A model generated the notes under the pieces. The model worked only from the letters and a program-made list of their open reading frames with translations, was not told where the DNA came from and did not search any database. The position numbers and the translations under genes are program-made. This document shows, piece after piece, positions 28,782 to 42,923 of a DNA stretch of 64,000 bases. Source of the stretch: an uncultured Pelagibacteraceae bacterium (GTDB lineage: Bacteria; Pseudomonadota; Alphaproteobacteria; Pelagibacterales; Pelagibacteraceae); NCBI GenBank assembly GCA_902573585.1, contig CACGKH010000001.1:8228-72227 (forward strand). The letters are read 5' to 3'. The number at the start of each line of letters is the position of its first letter. Positions within the stretch are counted from its first letter, which is position 1.

Positions 28782-29543
28782 TTAATTAATCATAATTATT
28801 GAAATATTTCTACCATAATCATCATGTTTTAATTTTAAAGCTCTTCTTGCACTAAAAAAATTATTTTTTTTATCGAAAGTATCAAGGTTTATTGTGTCAA
28901 TATTTGTAATTTTGTTTGATTTGAGTTGAGATTTAACAAAATTGGGTAAATCAAAATGAAATATATTTTTTTTCTTTTTAAAAAAAATTTTGTTTTTTTT
29001 GTCTTTTTTAACAAACTTTCTTTTAAAATTTTCTCCTACATTATAGCTGTTTTGCTTTATGCATGGACCTATAGCAGCAATAATTGTTTTTTTTTCGCAG
29101 CCTTTTTTCAACATAAAATTTATAACCTTTGTAATAATTCCCTTAAAAGCACCTTTCCACCCAGCATGAATGGCAGCAATAATATTATTTTTACGGTCAT
29201 ATAATAAAATTGGTACACAATCTGCAGTCAATACAGCTATTGGAAGTCTTTTCTGATTGGTTATAACAGCATCAGCTTTAATTTTATTGTTATTGAAATT
29301 GAAATTTTTATTTATAAAAACAAATTTATTACTATGGATCTGATGAAGTAAGAAAATTTTTTTTGATTTTTTACTAAGTTTGTTTTTTGCAATTTTTAAA
29401 TTTTGTTTTACTTTATTTCTATTATCATCTGATCCTGGGCCACAATTCAAACTTTTATAAATTCCAACAGATTTGCCACCATTTCTGTTAAAAAAACCAT
29501 GATTAATTTTTTTATATTTCAATAATTTTTTAGAAGTCAGCAA
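28782..29543 (-). CDS. pgeF: YfiH/PgeF family (polyphenol oxidase-like / purine nucleoside phosphorylase)
   Basis: SLNCG, QIHS, LTADCVPILL, HAGWKG and FFSARR motifs. Confidence 0.9.
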   Translation of the reverse strand: MLTSKKLLKYKKINHGFFNRNGGKSVGIYKSLNCGPGSDDNRNKVKQNLKIAKNKLSKKSKKIFLLHQIHSNKFVFINKNFNFNNNKIKADAVITNQKRLPIAVLTADCVPILLYDRKNNIIAAIHAGWKGAFKGIITKVINFMLKKGCEKKTIIAAIGPCIKQNSYNVGENFKRKFVKKDKKNKIFFKKKKNIFHFDLPNFVKSQLKSNKITNIDTINLDTFDKKNNFFSARRALKLKHDDYGRNISIIMIN

Positions 29544-29545
29544 TT

Positions 29546-30592
29546 TTAAAATCCTAGCTTAAATTTATTTTTCTTATTTTTTATTAACAAAACTTTAAAT
29601 AGATTACCCATTTGTTTTTCATCAATTAGTCTTCCTAATCTATAGTATATATCAGCTTTTTTTAGAAAACTTTGGTTCCTAGATATTATTTCTGCTCTTT
29701 GTTTTATTCCCATCTTTAGTAAAAATTCTTTTTGAGTCGATAAATTATTTTCCAAACCGCCCATTTGTTTTATAAAATTTTTAAAAAGATCAAAGTTTAT
29801 GTTGTGAGTAATATCTATATTACCAATATTCTCTAAAATATTGGCAAATTTATGATTTGATATTGCGCGTAAAGTATTTTTCATTTTTTTTTCATTATAC
29901 CCATAATCAATCATTAGAAGCCCACCAGTGTTTTTTTTAATAATTTTAGTAATATCTTTAAGATAAATGAAACCTAGTTCTGAATATTCAATAAAATTTT
30001 GATTTTTTGAAATTTTAAATTTAATTTTTTTTTCAATTTTTTTAATGTCAATTTTTTTTTCAAAAAAGGATGCCTTATCATTTTTTTTTAAATTTACAAA
30101 TTTTTCAAACCATATATTTCCTTCTTTTCTAAATTGCTTAATAGCAATTGCATCAAAAAATTCATTTGCAATAAATATACAAGGTTCTTTTTTTATTTTA
30201 TTTAGTCTAGGAATCCATCTTATTTTTGTTTTTGTTAATTTCTTTTTTTGAATTTTAATTAATGATGAACTTTTTTCATGAATCATTAAATTGCATGAGT
30301 TAAGAAAAATTGGAAAATTTTTAAAACTTTCAATAAGATCTTTCATCATCTCACCATTTCCTGCTCCAAGTTCAATCAAATTAAATTTTTTGGGAGACCC
30401 TAAACTTTGCCAGAAACTTACAATCCAAATTGCTATCATTTCTGAAAAAAGTCTTGAAATATTTGGCGCTGTAATAAAATCACCCTCTTTACCAAATGGA
30501 TTTTTTTTCATGTAGTAACCATATTTCTTATCGTAAAGAGAAAAATTTATAAATTTGTCTAGAGGAAGATTATAATTCTTTTTTGGTTCCAT
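29546..30592 (-). CDS. SAM-dependent methyltransferase, MidA/NDUFAF7 family
   Basis: GDFITAP-IS--F, ELGAGNG, ANEFFDA, IDYG and DIT motifs. Confidence 0.9.
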   Translation of the reverse strand: MEPKKNYNLPLDKFINFSLYDKKYGYYMKKNPFGKEGDFITAPNISRLFSEMIAIWIVSFWQSLGSPKKFNLIELGAGNGEMMKDLIESFKNFPIFLNSCNLMIHEKSSSLIKIQKKKLTKTKIRWIPRLNKIKKEPCIFIANEFFDAIAIKQFRKEGNIWFEKFVNLKKNDKASFFEKKIDIKKIEKKIKFKISKNQNFIEYSELGFIYLKDITKIIKKNTGGLLMIDYGYNEKKMKNTLRAISNHKFANILENIGNIDITHNINFDLFKNFIKQMGGLENNLSTQKEFLLKMGIKQRAEIISRNQSFLKKADIYYRLGRLIDEKQMGNLFKVLLIKNKKNKFKLGF

Positions 30593-31352
30593 ATTTGGTT
30601 AGGAGTAAATATGTTCCCGCTAAAAAAAATATAAAGCTTATTATTTGCCCCATTGTTAAATTAAAAAATAAATATCCTAATTGTTCATCAGGAACTCGCA
30701 AAAACTCAATCATAAATCTGAAAATTGAATATAAAATTAAAAATAAACCAGAGATTAGCCCTGGGACTTTCATAAACCCCTTATTTCTAAAATACACCAA
30801 AATGAAAAATAATACTAGGCCCTCAAAAAATGCTTCATATAATTGAGTTGGATGACGATATAAATTATCTACTTTAATGAATTTTACAGCCCAAGGAAAA
30901 TTTGTTTCGAACCCATATAATTCAGAATTAATAAAGTTTGCAATCCTTCCAAAAAATATTCCAACTGGTGCAACTATTGAAATTAGATCTAAATATTCAA
31001 AAGTATTTTGATTATTTTTTTTTGAATATAATATACTTGCAACTATAACGCCAATAAGACCTCCATGAAATGACATCCCACCCTGCCAAATTTTTAGAAT
31101 ATCTATTAAGTTATTGGAATAGTAACTTGGATTATAAAATAATATATATCCAAGTCTTCCTCCAATAATAATGCCTATAATTACATAAGAAATAAAATCA
31201 TCAAATTTATCTTTTAAATCTTCATTAGAAATAAAAATTTTTTTACATAAAGTCCATCCGAGCAGTATTCCTCCAATATACGCCAAAGAATACCACCTAA
31301 TTTCTATCGAAAAAATTTGAATTGCTACTGGGTCAAAATTATTAATGAACAT
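30570..31352 (-). CDS. lgt: Prolipoprotein diacylglyceryl transferase
   Basis: IRWYSLAY, GGRLGY, GGMSFHGG, GRIANFINSEL and HPTQLYE motifs. Confidence 0.97.
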   Translation of the reverse strand: MFINNFDPVAIQIFSIEIRWYSLAYIGGILLGWTLCKKIFISNEDLKDKFDDFISYVIIGIIIGGRLGYILFYNPSYYSNNLIDILKIWQGGMSFHGGLIGVIVASILYSKKNNQNTFEYLDLISIVAPVGIFFGRIANFINSELYGFETNFPWAVKFIKVDNLYRHPTQLYEAFFEGLVLFFILVYFRNKGFMKVPGLISGLFLILYSIFRFMIEFLRVPDEQLGYLFFNLTMGQIISFIFFLAGTYLLLTKYGTKKEL

Positions 31353-31401
31353 TGTAAATTAAAATATAGATTATAATTATATTAAGATATTATATAAATA
31401 T

Positions 31402-31653
31402 ATGAAAAATTCTAAATATGTTTTTGATAAACTTGCTAAATTGTTTGAGCAGGGCTTGATTTCATCAAAAGATCTTGCAAATGAATTAATGACAATTTTA
31501 AAATCTAAAAGAGATGAAATCGTTTTTAAAATGAAGTTGACTAGTAAAGATGAATTTGAAATCTTATTGAAAAGGGTTGAAAATCTAGAAAAAAAAATTG
31601 ATCAATTAAAAGTCCAAAAAAAAAGAAATTCTAGACAGGCAAAAAAATCTTAA
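31402..31653 (+). CDS. UbiK/BMFP-like small coiled-coil accessory protein
   Basis: L-SKDEFE-L---V--LEKKI pattern; divergent from lgt as in other alphaproteobacteria. Confidence 0.65.
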   Translation: MKNSKYVFDKLAKLFEQGLISSKDLANELMTILKSKRDEIVFKMKLTSKDEFEILLKRVENLEKKIDQLKVQKKRNSRQAKKS

Positions 31654-32949
31654 CTCCAAGGCCATTCATAGAAGATTTTTCAAGTTTGATATTTCCACCA
31701 TGTGATCTTACTATATCAGACGCTATAGATAGTCCTAATCCAACACTTGACTTTGAGTCAGCTCTGCCTTTGTCAATTTTATAAAAAGGTTTAAATACAT
31801 TGTCATATTCTTTTTCTGGTATTCCTGGACCATTATCCTCAATCTTAATAAATAGATTATTATTACTTCTATTTAATTCCACGTTAACTTATCTGCATAT
31901 TTAATAGCATTATCAATTAAGTTATTAATAGATCTTTTAATTAAATTTTTTCTGCCATTTATATAAACTTCAGGTATTAGATTTATTTGGATATTTTCGT
32001 TGTCGTATTTTTTAACTATTTCATCAATTAATTTGCTTAAATTAAACTCATCGTGTTTTTCTAAATAAGAAGAACTTGTAAATTGAAGGTATTCATTCAA
32101 CATTTTTTCCATTTCATTTATATCTTCCGAGAGTTTGTTGCTCAAATCTTTATCCTTAATAAATGCCATTTGAAGTTTCATTCTTGTAAGAGGTGTTCTT
32201 AAGTCGTGACTAATACCTGAAAGCATTTCTGATCTTTGATTTAAGTGTCTAATAATTCTTTTTCTCATTTTATCAAATTCATAGCCTGCTTGTCTTATTT
32301 CAGATGCGCCTGATGGTTTAAACTCACCAATTTCTTCTCCCTTGCCAAATTTTTCAGCTACTTTTGCAAGTTTTATTATCGGCTTGGTTTGATTTTTCAG
32401 AAATATTAGTGAAATAAAAATTACTATTGCAGCTGGAACTGTAATCCAGAGAGCAAATATTCTAGCAGAAGAACTTGTAACTCTATCTTTTGGAATTAAA
32501 AATTTAAAATAACCTAAATCAGATTTAATCCTCATATCTATAAGTTCTTTGTAACTTACAGTGTCAAACCAAAATGTATTTGAACCAAACTTTGATTTTA
32601 ATTCTCTTCTGAGAGTCCTGTCTATTGGACTAAACCATCTTTCTTCATAGTCGTATTTAAAATTTTTATCATCAATAAATTCTATATTTAAATTTTGATA
32701 TATTGAAAAAAGATTTGTAATTTCATCCTTTTCATAAATTTCATCATTGTATATTTCAATAAAAGTATTTATCTCATTTACTAGAGCTTTAGTCATTCCT
32801 TTATTGGTTTTTATCCAAAGACTATCAAAAAAAACAATTGTTATAATTAATTGTAAAAGAATTACTGGAACAGCAACAATTAATAATGCCCTATAAAATA
32901 ATCTCTTTGGTAAAACATTTTTTATAAATTTATTCAATCCATAAAACAT
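31631..32949 (-). pseudogene. EnvZ-like sensor histidine kinase, split by a 1-nt deletion near 31889
   Basis: The first frame has TM segments, a HAMP-like region, H-box SHDLRTP and N-box NLIDNAIKY. The second frame (31631-31882) has EDNGPG, FKPFY and GLGLSI. The span is 1319 nt, one short of 440 codons. Confidence 0.85.
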
Positions 32950-33608
32950 ATCCTGCTCCTCTAATTGTTTGTAAGAACTTGGGTTTCTTCGGATCAATTT
33001 CAATTTTTTTTCTTAACCTGGTTATTATTACATCAATTGATCTTTCTTTGTCTAAATCTATAAAATTCCCGATATCCTCACGGGAAAAGGTTTTACCTGG
33101 GTTATTAATCATTTTCTCTAGTATCTTTTTTTCTGTGTTATTAATTTTAAATTCAAAATTTTTTTTAGTAATTAGTAGTTTATTTAAATCTATTTTAATA
33201 TTTTCAAATTTAATTACTCTTTTTTTGAGTATTTTTTTTTGTTTTCTCAATTATATTTTGAATTCGCAAAATTAATTCTCTTGGTTCAAAAGGTTTAGGT
33301 AAATAATCATCTGCCCCTATTTCTAATCCTTCAACTCTTTCCTTAACTTCACCCTTAGCTGTCAATAAAATTATAGGTGTCTCAATCTCTTTTTTATTTT
33401 CTTTTATAAACTCTAAACCATTTTTACCAGGCATCATTATATCTAAAATAATTAAATCAAAATTTATTATTTTAATTTTTTCTAGAGCATCTTCGGCATT
33501 TTCAGCGGTAGTAACTAAATAATTATTTTCATTTAAAAATTTTTTGACTAAAGACCTGATACCATCATCATCATCAACAACCAAAATATGAGCTATAAAA
33601 TTATCCAT
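32930..33608 (-). pseudogene. OmpR-family response regulator, split by a 1-nt insertion in an A-run (33220-33240)
   Basis: Receiver domain (VVDDD, LDIMMP, LTA, KPF) in one frame; winged helix (RSIDVIITRLRKKIE...TIRGAGY) in the next. The span is 679 nt, one more than 226 codons. Confidence 0.85.
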
Positions 33609-34038
33609 TTATTATTTTTTTTAACACATTATCAAAATTGATAACTTCTTCTGAACTAGAACTAAGAAGTGCATTATAAATTCTCTTTTTTTGTATCTCA
33701 AAAATTTCATCAAACATTTTTTGTCCTTTTTCACTTAAAAAAATATGTTTAATTCTTGTATCTTGTTCATCTTTCTTAAAAATTATTGCTTCTAACTTGA
33801 TCAAGTCTTTAAGCACTCTGTTCAAACTTTGTTTTGTAACTTTTAATTTCCTTAATAGTTTAGAAATAGAGATCCCCTCATACATAGAAACCAAATGTAT
33901 AACTTTTTGATGTGCTAAACCAATCGAATATTTATCAAGAATTTTCTTTGAGTCTGAAAATGTTTCTCTGTAACCTATAAATAGTTTTTCTATTAAATCT
34001 TTCAATTGATCATCTTTTAGATATAAAAGTTCTTTCAT
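33601..34038 (-). CDS. MarR-family transcriptional regulator (PetP-like)
   Basis: L-VTKQSLNRVLKDL helix-turn-helix and D-R---L wing; directly upstream of the OmpR-like gene. Confidence 0.88.
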   Translation of the reverse strand: MKELLYLKDDQLKDLIEKLFIGYRETFSDSKKILDKYSIGLAHQKVIHLVSMYEGISISKLLRKLKVTKQSLNRVLKDLIKLEAIIFKKDEQDTRIKHIFLSEKGQKMFDEIFEIQKKRIYNALLSSSSEEVINFDNVLKKIING

Positions 34039-34053
34039 TATTGGTAAGTTATA

Positions 34054-34082
34054 TTGACATATTATAGATACAAAGATATTTT
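34054..34082 (+). promoter_or_regulatory. Putative sigma70 promoter for ilvE
   Basis: TTGACA (34054-59), 17-nt spacer, TATTTT (34077-82); 26 nt before the ATG. Confidence 0.5.
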
Positions 34083-34108
34083 TCAGTAAGAATTTTATAT
34101 TTCATAAC

Positions 34109-34990
34109 ATGATACCCTACGATAAAAGATCAGGCAAAATATGGTACAATGGCGAATTAGTTGATTGGTCAGATGTTAAATTTCATGTATTAAGCCACGG
34201 ATTACATTATGCTAGTTGTGTATTTGAGGGAGAAAGAGTTTATGATGGATCTATTTTTAAACTTGAGGAACACACTTCTCGATTATTTTATTCAGCTCAG
34301 AGAATGGGTTTTGAAATACCTTATACCGAAGACGAGATAAATGCAGCATCAAAAAAAATCATTTTAACTCAAAAAGTAGAAAACGGCTATGTTAGACCAG
34401 TTGCCTGGAGAGGAAGTGAAATGATGGCTATCTCTGCGCAACAAACAAAGATTCATGTTGCAATAGCAACTTGGGAATGGGGATCTTATTTTGATCCAAA
34501 ATTAAAAGTGGAGGGAATTAAGTTAAATATTTCTAATTGGAGAAGACCAGCTCCTAATACAATTCCATGGGATACTAAAGCATCAGGGCTATATATGATT
34601 TGTACTCTTTCAAAACATGAAGCAGAAAAACAAGGTTATACAGACTCTTTAATGTTAGACCATGAAGGCAATATAGCTGAAGCAACTGGGGCAAATATTT
34701 TTTTTAAAGATAAAAATGGTGATTTACATACTCCTATACCTGACTCCTTTTTAGATGGAATTACAAGAAGAACAGTTATTGGAATTGCTAAATCTAAAAA
34801 TATTAAAGTTCATGAAAGAAAAATTAGCCCTACCGAACTTTCTAGTTTTGTAGGATGTTTTTTGACTGGGACTGCAGCTGAAGTTACGCCTGTATCTTGT
34901 ATTGCAGAAAATAAATTTAAGGTTTGTGAAATGATAATAGACTTAAACGAGAGTTATCAAGCTTTAGTTAAAAAGAAAAAAGCAGCTTAA
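34109..34990 (+). CDS. ilvE: Branched-chain amino acid aminotransferase
   Basis: HGLHYASCVFEG, GYVRP, KASGLY, EATGANIF, LDGITR and GTAAEVTP motifs. Confidence 0.95.
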   Translation: MIPYDKRSGKIWYNGELVDWSDVKFHVLSHGLHYASCVFEGERVYDGSIFKLEEHTSRLFYSAQRMGFEIPYTEDEINAASKKIILTQKVENGYVRPVAWRGSEMMAISAQQTKIHVAIATWEWGSYFDPKLKVEGIKLNISNWRRPAPNTIPWDTKASGLYMICTLSKHEAEKQGYTDSLMLDHEGNIAEATGANIFFKDKNGDLHTPIPDSFLDGITRRTVIGIAKSKNIKVHERKISPTELSSFVGCFLTGTAAEVTPVSCIAENKFKVCEMIIDLNESYQALVKKKKAA

Positions 34991-35571
34991 TTTTTATTAT
35001 CCTCAGAAATTGCGTGATCGATTCCTTTTCGCATATAGTCGTATCCTGTAAAAAGAGTTAAAGCAGCAGAAAGCCATAAAAGAATAATTCCTATAGTTTG
35101 AGCATTATAGTCCTGAAAATTGATTATCTTATTACCAGTCTCTCCAGAAAGTAAAAGAGCTATAGAAACCATTTGTAAAACTGTTTTTAGTTTAGCAAGA
35201 TTTGATACAGGAAGTTTAATTCTTCCTTTTGCTAAAAATTCTCTTAAACCTGAAATTAAAATTTCACGGGTTAAAATTATTATAGCAGCTATAACCTCGT
35301 AATGACGAATGGTACCATCCATTACTAATAAAATAAGAGCAGTTGCTACAATGATCTTGTCAGCAATAGGGTCTAATAGTTCTCCAAGTTTAGATTCTTC
35401 CCCAAGTAATCTTGCCAGCATACCATCTAAAAAGTCAGTAAAGGATGCAACAATAAATAATATTAAAGCCGTTAGGTCTCCGTAAAAACCAGGTAAATAA
35501 AATGCTAATACAAAAAACGGTACAATTAAAATTCTTCCTACAGTTAGTATATTTGGTATTTTTCTAAGCAT
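34987..35571 (-). CDS. pgsA: CDP-diacylglycerol--glycerol-3-phosphate 3-phosphatidyltransferase
   Basis: PNILT--R and TDFLDG-LAR...G-LLDPIADK motifs; follows uvrC. Confidence 0.95.
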   Translation of the reverse strand: MLRKIPNILTVGRILIVPFFVLAFYLPGFYGDLTALILFIVASFTDFLDGMLARLLGEESKLGELLDPIADKIIVATALILLVMDGTIRHYEVIAAIIILTREILISGLREFLAKGRIKLPVSNLAKLKTVLQMVSIALLLSGETGNKIINFQDYNAQTIGIILLWLSAALTLFTGYDYMRKGIDHAISEDNKN

Positions 35572-35577
35572 ATTTTT

Positions 35578-37413
35578 TTATTCGTGAAAGAAGTTATATA
35601 TCTTTTTTGCTACTTTTGCCTCAACACCTTCAACTGATTTAATTTCATCAAGACTAGCAGATTCTACTGCTCTGGCTGATCCAAAATGATTTAATAACGC
35701 TCTTTTTCTAATTGCGCCAATTCCCTCGATTTGATCTAGCAAAGATCGAGTAATTCCTTTTTTTCGTTTGGCTCTATGTGCGCTAATCGCAAATCGATGA
35801 GCTTCATCACGGACTCTCTGCAAAAAAAATAGAGTAGGATCATTTCTCGTAAATTTATACTCTCTACCATTGTAAAAAAATGTTTCATTTCCACTATTTC
35901 TAAATTTTCCTTTTGCAATAGCTATTACAGGTATTTCATTTAATCCAAGCTCATTAAGAGTCTCCCTTGCTGACGAATATTGTCCTTTTCCACCGTCAAT
36001 TAATACTAAATCTGGAAATGTTAAATAATTTCCCTTTTCTTGTATTGCACGTTTAAATCTTCGTCCTAAAACCTCTCTTATCATTCCGTAATCATCCTGT
36101 TTAAAGTTTTCATTCTTAATATTAAATTTTCTATATCTTTTTTTAATAAAGCCTTCCTCACCATAAGTAATTAAAGCACCAACACTATTTGTTCCTTGAA
36201 TATGGCTATTGTCATATACTTCAATAAGACTAATAGTATTTTCAATTTTGAATTTTTTGGAAATTTCATCAAGTAATTTTCTATTATTCTGATTTTCATA
36301 AAGATTTCGATTTAAACTATTTTTAGCGTTTTTGATTGCAAGATTTATAACTTTTAATTTTGATCCTTTTTTTGCGATAGAAATATTTATTTGTTTATTT
36401 TCTTTTTTTGATAAAGTTTTTTCGATTAATTTTTTTTCTTTTATTTCTTCACTAAGAATAATTGATCGTGGAACAGCTTTATTTTCATAAAATTGAGATA
36501 CAAAAGAATTTAATATGTTGCTAAATTTTTCATCAGGGTCATGTTTTGGGAAAAAAGCCTGATTACCCCAATTTTGTTTTGACCTATAGAAAAATACTTG
36601 AATACAGGTTTTACCCGACTCTTTGTATCCAGCAATTACGTCCGCTTCAGTCAAATTTACATCACTAATTGTTAAAGATGATTGAATAATATTTAAAGAT
36701 TTTATTTTGTCTCTTACTATTGCGGCTTTTTCAAAATCTAACTCTTCACTTGCATTTTCCATTTGTGATGAAAGTGTTTGTTGTATTTTTCTAGAACGAC
36801 CTTTACTTAGAAACTCGTCAGCTGCTTCTACTAATTTAGCATAGTCCTCTTTATTTATCTTCCCACCACAAGGACCAGCACATCTTTTTAAAAAATAATT
36901 AAAACAAGTTTTATCTCCTGCCTCTACTTGCTTGTCAGTACAAGATCTTAACAAAAATATTCTTTGAAGAGTTTTTATTGCACTATTAACTGCAAGTGAA
37001 CTTGCAAAAGGCCCATAATATTTACCTGGTTTATTTTTTGCCCCTCTATGTCTTTCTATACGAGGGAACTCATGCTTAGAAATAAATATATACGGAAAAG
37101 ATTTATCATCTTTAAGTAATATATTAAATTTAGGTTTATGTTTTTTGATTAAATTGGCCTCTAGCAATAAGGCCTCACTTTCATTTGTAGTTGTTGTAAT
37201 TTCAAGTCTAACAGTTTGAGACAACATTCTTTCAGTTCGAATAATATGGTTTTTTTCAGAGACATAACTTTTAAGTCTGTTAGGTAAATTTTTTGCTTTT
37301 CCAACATAAAGGATGTCTCCCTTATCATTTAACATTCGATAAACACCAGGTAGTTTAGGAATTAGCGGGAGTTCTTTTTTTATTACTTCTTTTCCAACTT
37401 CAGTACTTATCAT
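35578..37413 (-). CDS. uvrC: Excinuclease ABC subunit C
   Basis: GIY-YIG domain (PGVYRM...YVGKAKNL), Cys cluster, [20 protein letters not shown] and HhH. Likely start MISTE at 37413. Confidence 0.97.
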   Translation of the reverse strand: MISTEVGKEVIKKELPLIPKLPGVYRMLNDKGDILYVGKAKNLPNRLKSYVSEKNHIIRTERMLSQTVRLEITTTTNESEALLLEANLIKKHKPKFNILLKDDKSFPYIFISKHEFPRIERHRGAKNKPGKYYGPFASSLAVNSAIKTLQRIFLLRSCTDKQVEAGDKTCFNYFLKRCAGPCGGKINKEDYAKLVEAADEFLSKGRSRKIQQTLSSQMENASEELDFEKAAIVRDKIKSLNIIQSSLTISDVNLTEADVIAGYKESGKTCIQVFFYRSKQNWGNQAFFPKHDPDEKFSNILNSFVSQFYENKAVPRSIILSEEIKEKKLIEKTLSKKENKQINISIAKKGSKLKVINLAIKNAKNSLNRNLYENQNNRKLLDEISKKFKIENTISLIEVYDNSHIQGTNSVGALITYGEEGFIKKRYRKFNIKNENFKQDDYGMIREVLGRRFKRAIQEKGNYLTFPDLVLIDGGKGQYSSARETLNELGLNEIPVIAIAKGKFRNSGNETFFYNGREYKFTRNDPTLFFLQRVRDEAHRFAISAHRAKRKKGITRSLLDQIEGIGAIRKRALLNHFGSARAVESASLDEIKSVEGVEAKVAKKIYNFFHE

Positions 37414-37825
37414 GACTTCTTTTTTTGGTAATTTGAATACCAACTGATGAACATTCTTTTAAGATTTCTAGTTTTTCAATTTTTAACATTATTTTACCTA
37501 TTCTCTTATCTTTAAAAAGTTCATCAAAAACAGCTTCAGCTAAAGTTTCTAAGAAATTATAATGTTTCTTTTTAATAAGCTTTTTAATTAATTTAACAAT
37601 AGTTGCATAATTTACAATTGACCTAAGATCTTTATCATTCGAGGGCTTTTTGTCTTGATAATCAATTTCCAAACTAAATTTTACTTTTTGTGCTTTCTCT
37701 TTCTCAAAATCATAATAGCCAAGCTTTAAATCTAAAATAAGTTCATTAATTAGAATTTTTTTCTCATAGTTAAATAAGCTTTTGTTTTTGTCTATTTTTA
37801 CAATTTTTAGATTGTTTTTTTTCAT
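37400..37825 (-). CDS. folB: Dihydroneopterin aldolase
   Basis: G-YDFEK---Q-V, VNY, LETLAE and KIEK motifs. Confidence 0.85.
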   Translation of the reverse strand: MKKNNLKIVKIDKNKSLFNYEKKILINELILDLKLGYYDFEKEKAQKVKFSLEIDYQDKKPSNDKDLRSIVNYATIVKLIKKLIKKKHYNFLETLAEAVFDELFKDKRIGKIMLKIEKLEILKECSSVGIQITKKRSHDKY

Positions 37826-38558
37826 TCCTTCCCTTTTTGTATATCTGGTGTTTGCCAGTTTAAGCTTTGACCACTATCTATTGCTAAAACTTGACCTGTA
37901 ATAGAACTGTTTTTTATAAAAAAGTCAACTGCATTACAAATCTCATTCACATCAACTTGTTGTTTAAGTGGAGTTGCTAAATATTGACTTTTAAAGTGTT
38001 TTTCAGATTGTCTTTTATTTTTGATTGTTGGTCCAGGCGCTATTCCATTAACTCGTATGTTAGGTGAAAAGCTCATCGCACTTGTTTTAGTTAAAGTATA
38101 TAGACCTGTTTTACTTAATGTGTATGAGAAGAAATAAGGTGTTAATTTGAATATTCTTTGATCAATTATATTGATTATATTGTTATTTTTACCTTTAACA
38201 TTTTTTGAAAATTCTTTTGATAAAAGAGCAGGGGCCTTAAGATTTGTAGAAATATGATTTTCCCAGCTCATAGAAGTAAAGTTTTCCAATTTATCGTTTT
38301 CAAATAATGAGGCATTATTTACTAAGCAATCAAAAAATTTCATTTTTGATTTAGAGAATTTAATTATTTTATATACATCTCTCTCTTTACTCAAATCACC
38401 TTTGACCAAATGAACTTTTGTTCCAAATTGTTGTAATTTCTTCTTTAAACCTTCAGCTTTAGATTTTGACTTATTGTAGTGGATCACAATTTCTATATTT
38501 GGACCAGATAATTTTTGAGCGATTGCAGCACCTATTCTAGTTGCTCCGCCAGTAATTA

Positions 38559-38577
<19 letters not shown>
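37822..38577 (-). CDS. Short-chain dehydrogenase, pteridine reductase/FolM-like
   Basis: [28 protein letters not shown] and RVNGIAPG motifs; adjacent to folB. Confidence 0.85.
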
Positions 38578-41957
<3,380 letters not shown>

Positions 41958-42902
41958 TTAGTGAGATAAAAATTTTTCAGCTTCAAGTGCCGCCATACAA
42001 CCCATTCCAGCAGCAGTTACAGCTTGTCTAAAAGTTTTATCTTTAACATCTCCCGCAGCATAAACACCTGGTACATTAGTTTCAGTAGAGTCTGGTTTAG
42101 TAATTAAATAGCCTTCTTGATCCATTTTTAATTGATCCTTAAACAATTGAGTTGCTGGATCATGACCAATTGCGATGAATAATCCATCTAATTTTATTTC
42201 ATTTACTTTATTAGTTTTTAAATTCTTAATTTTAATTCCTTTAACATTTTTTGGTTCTTGGTCACCAATCACATCCTCAACAACTGAGTCCCAAACTATT
42301 TCAATTTTTTTATTTTCCATTAGTTTTTTCTGAAGCATTTTTTCTGCTCTTAAACTATCTCTTCTGTGAATTAATTTAACTTTTGATGCAAATTTAGTTA
42401 AGAACATCGCCTCTTCAACGGCAGCATTCCCACCTCCTACTACTGCAACTTCCTTGTCTTTAAAGAAGAAACCATCACAAGTTGCACAGGCTGATACTCC
42501 AAAGCCTCTAAATTCTTGTTCAGATTTTATATTTAACCATCTTGCTTGGGCACCTGTAGAAATTATAATACTATCAGCAGTATATTTTTGACCACTATCA
42601 CCAACAGCTTCAAATGGATTAGATTTTAAATTTACTGATCCAATATGGTCTTCAATCATTTCTGTACCAACAGCTTTAGCTTGATCTTTCATTTGATCCA
42701 TAAGCCACGGACCTTGTATTACATCTGAAAATCCTGGATAGTTTTCTACATCTGTAGTTGTTGTTAATTGCCCACCTGGTTGCGCCCCATAAACTAATAT
42801 TGGTTTTAACATTGCTCTAGCAGCATAAACTGCAGCAGTGTATCCGGCAGGACCAGATCCAATTATTAACACTTTTGTGTGTTTAGTTGGATTTTGACTC
42901 AT
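41958..42902 (-). CDS. trxB: Thioredoxin reductase
   Basis: GSGPAG, CATCDG, GGGNAA and GDV-D--FRQA motifs. Confidence 0.98.
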   Translation of the reverse strand: MSQNPTKHTKVLIIGSGPAGYTAAVYAARAMLKPILVYGAQPGGQLTTTTDVENYPGFSDVIQGPWLMDQMKDQAKAVGTEMIEDHIGSVNLKSNPFEAVGDSGQKYTADSIIISTGAQARWLNIKSEQEFRGFGVSACATCDGFFFKDKEVAVVGGGNAAVEEAMFLTKFASKVKLIHRRDSLRAEKMLQKKLMENKKIEIVWDSVVEDVIGDQEPKNVKGIKIKNLKTNKVNEIKLDGLFIAIGHDPATQLFKDQLKMDQEGYLITKPDSTETNVPGVYAAGDVKDKTFRQAVTAAGMGCMAALEAEKFLSH

Positions 42903-42923
42903 ATGAGAGCTATATAGTGATTA

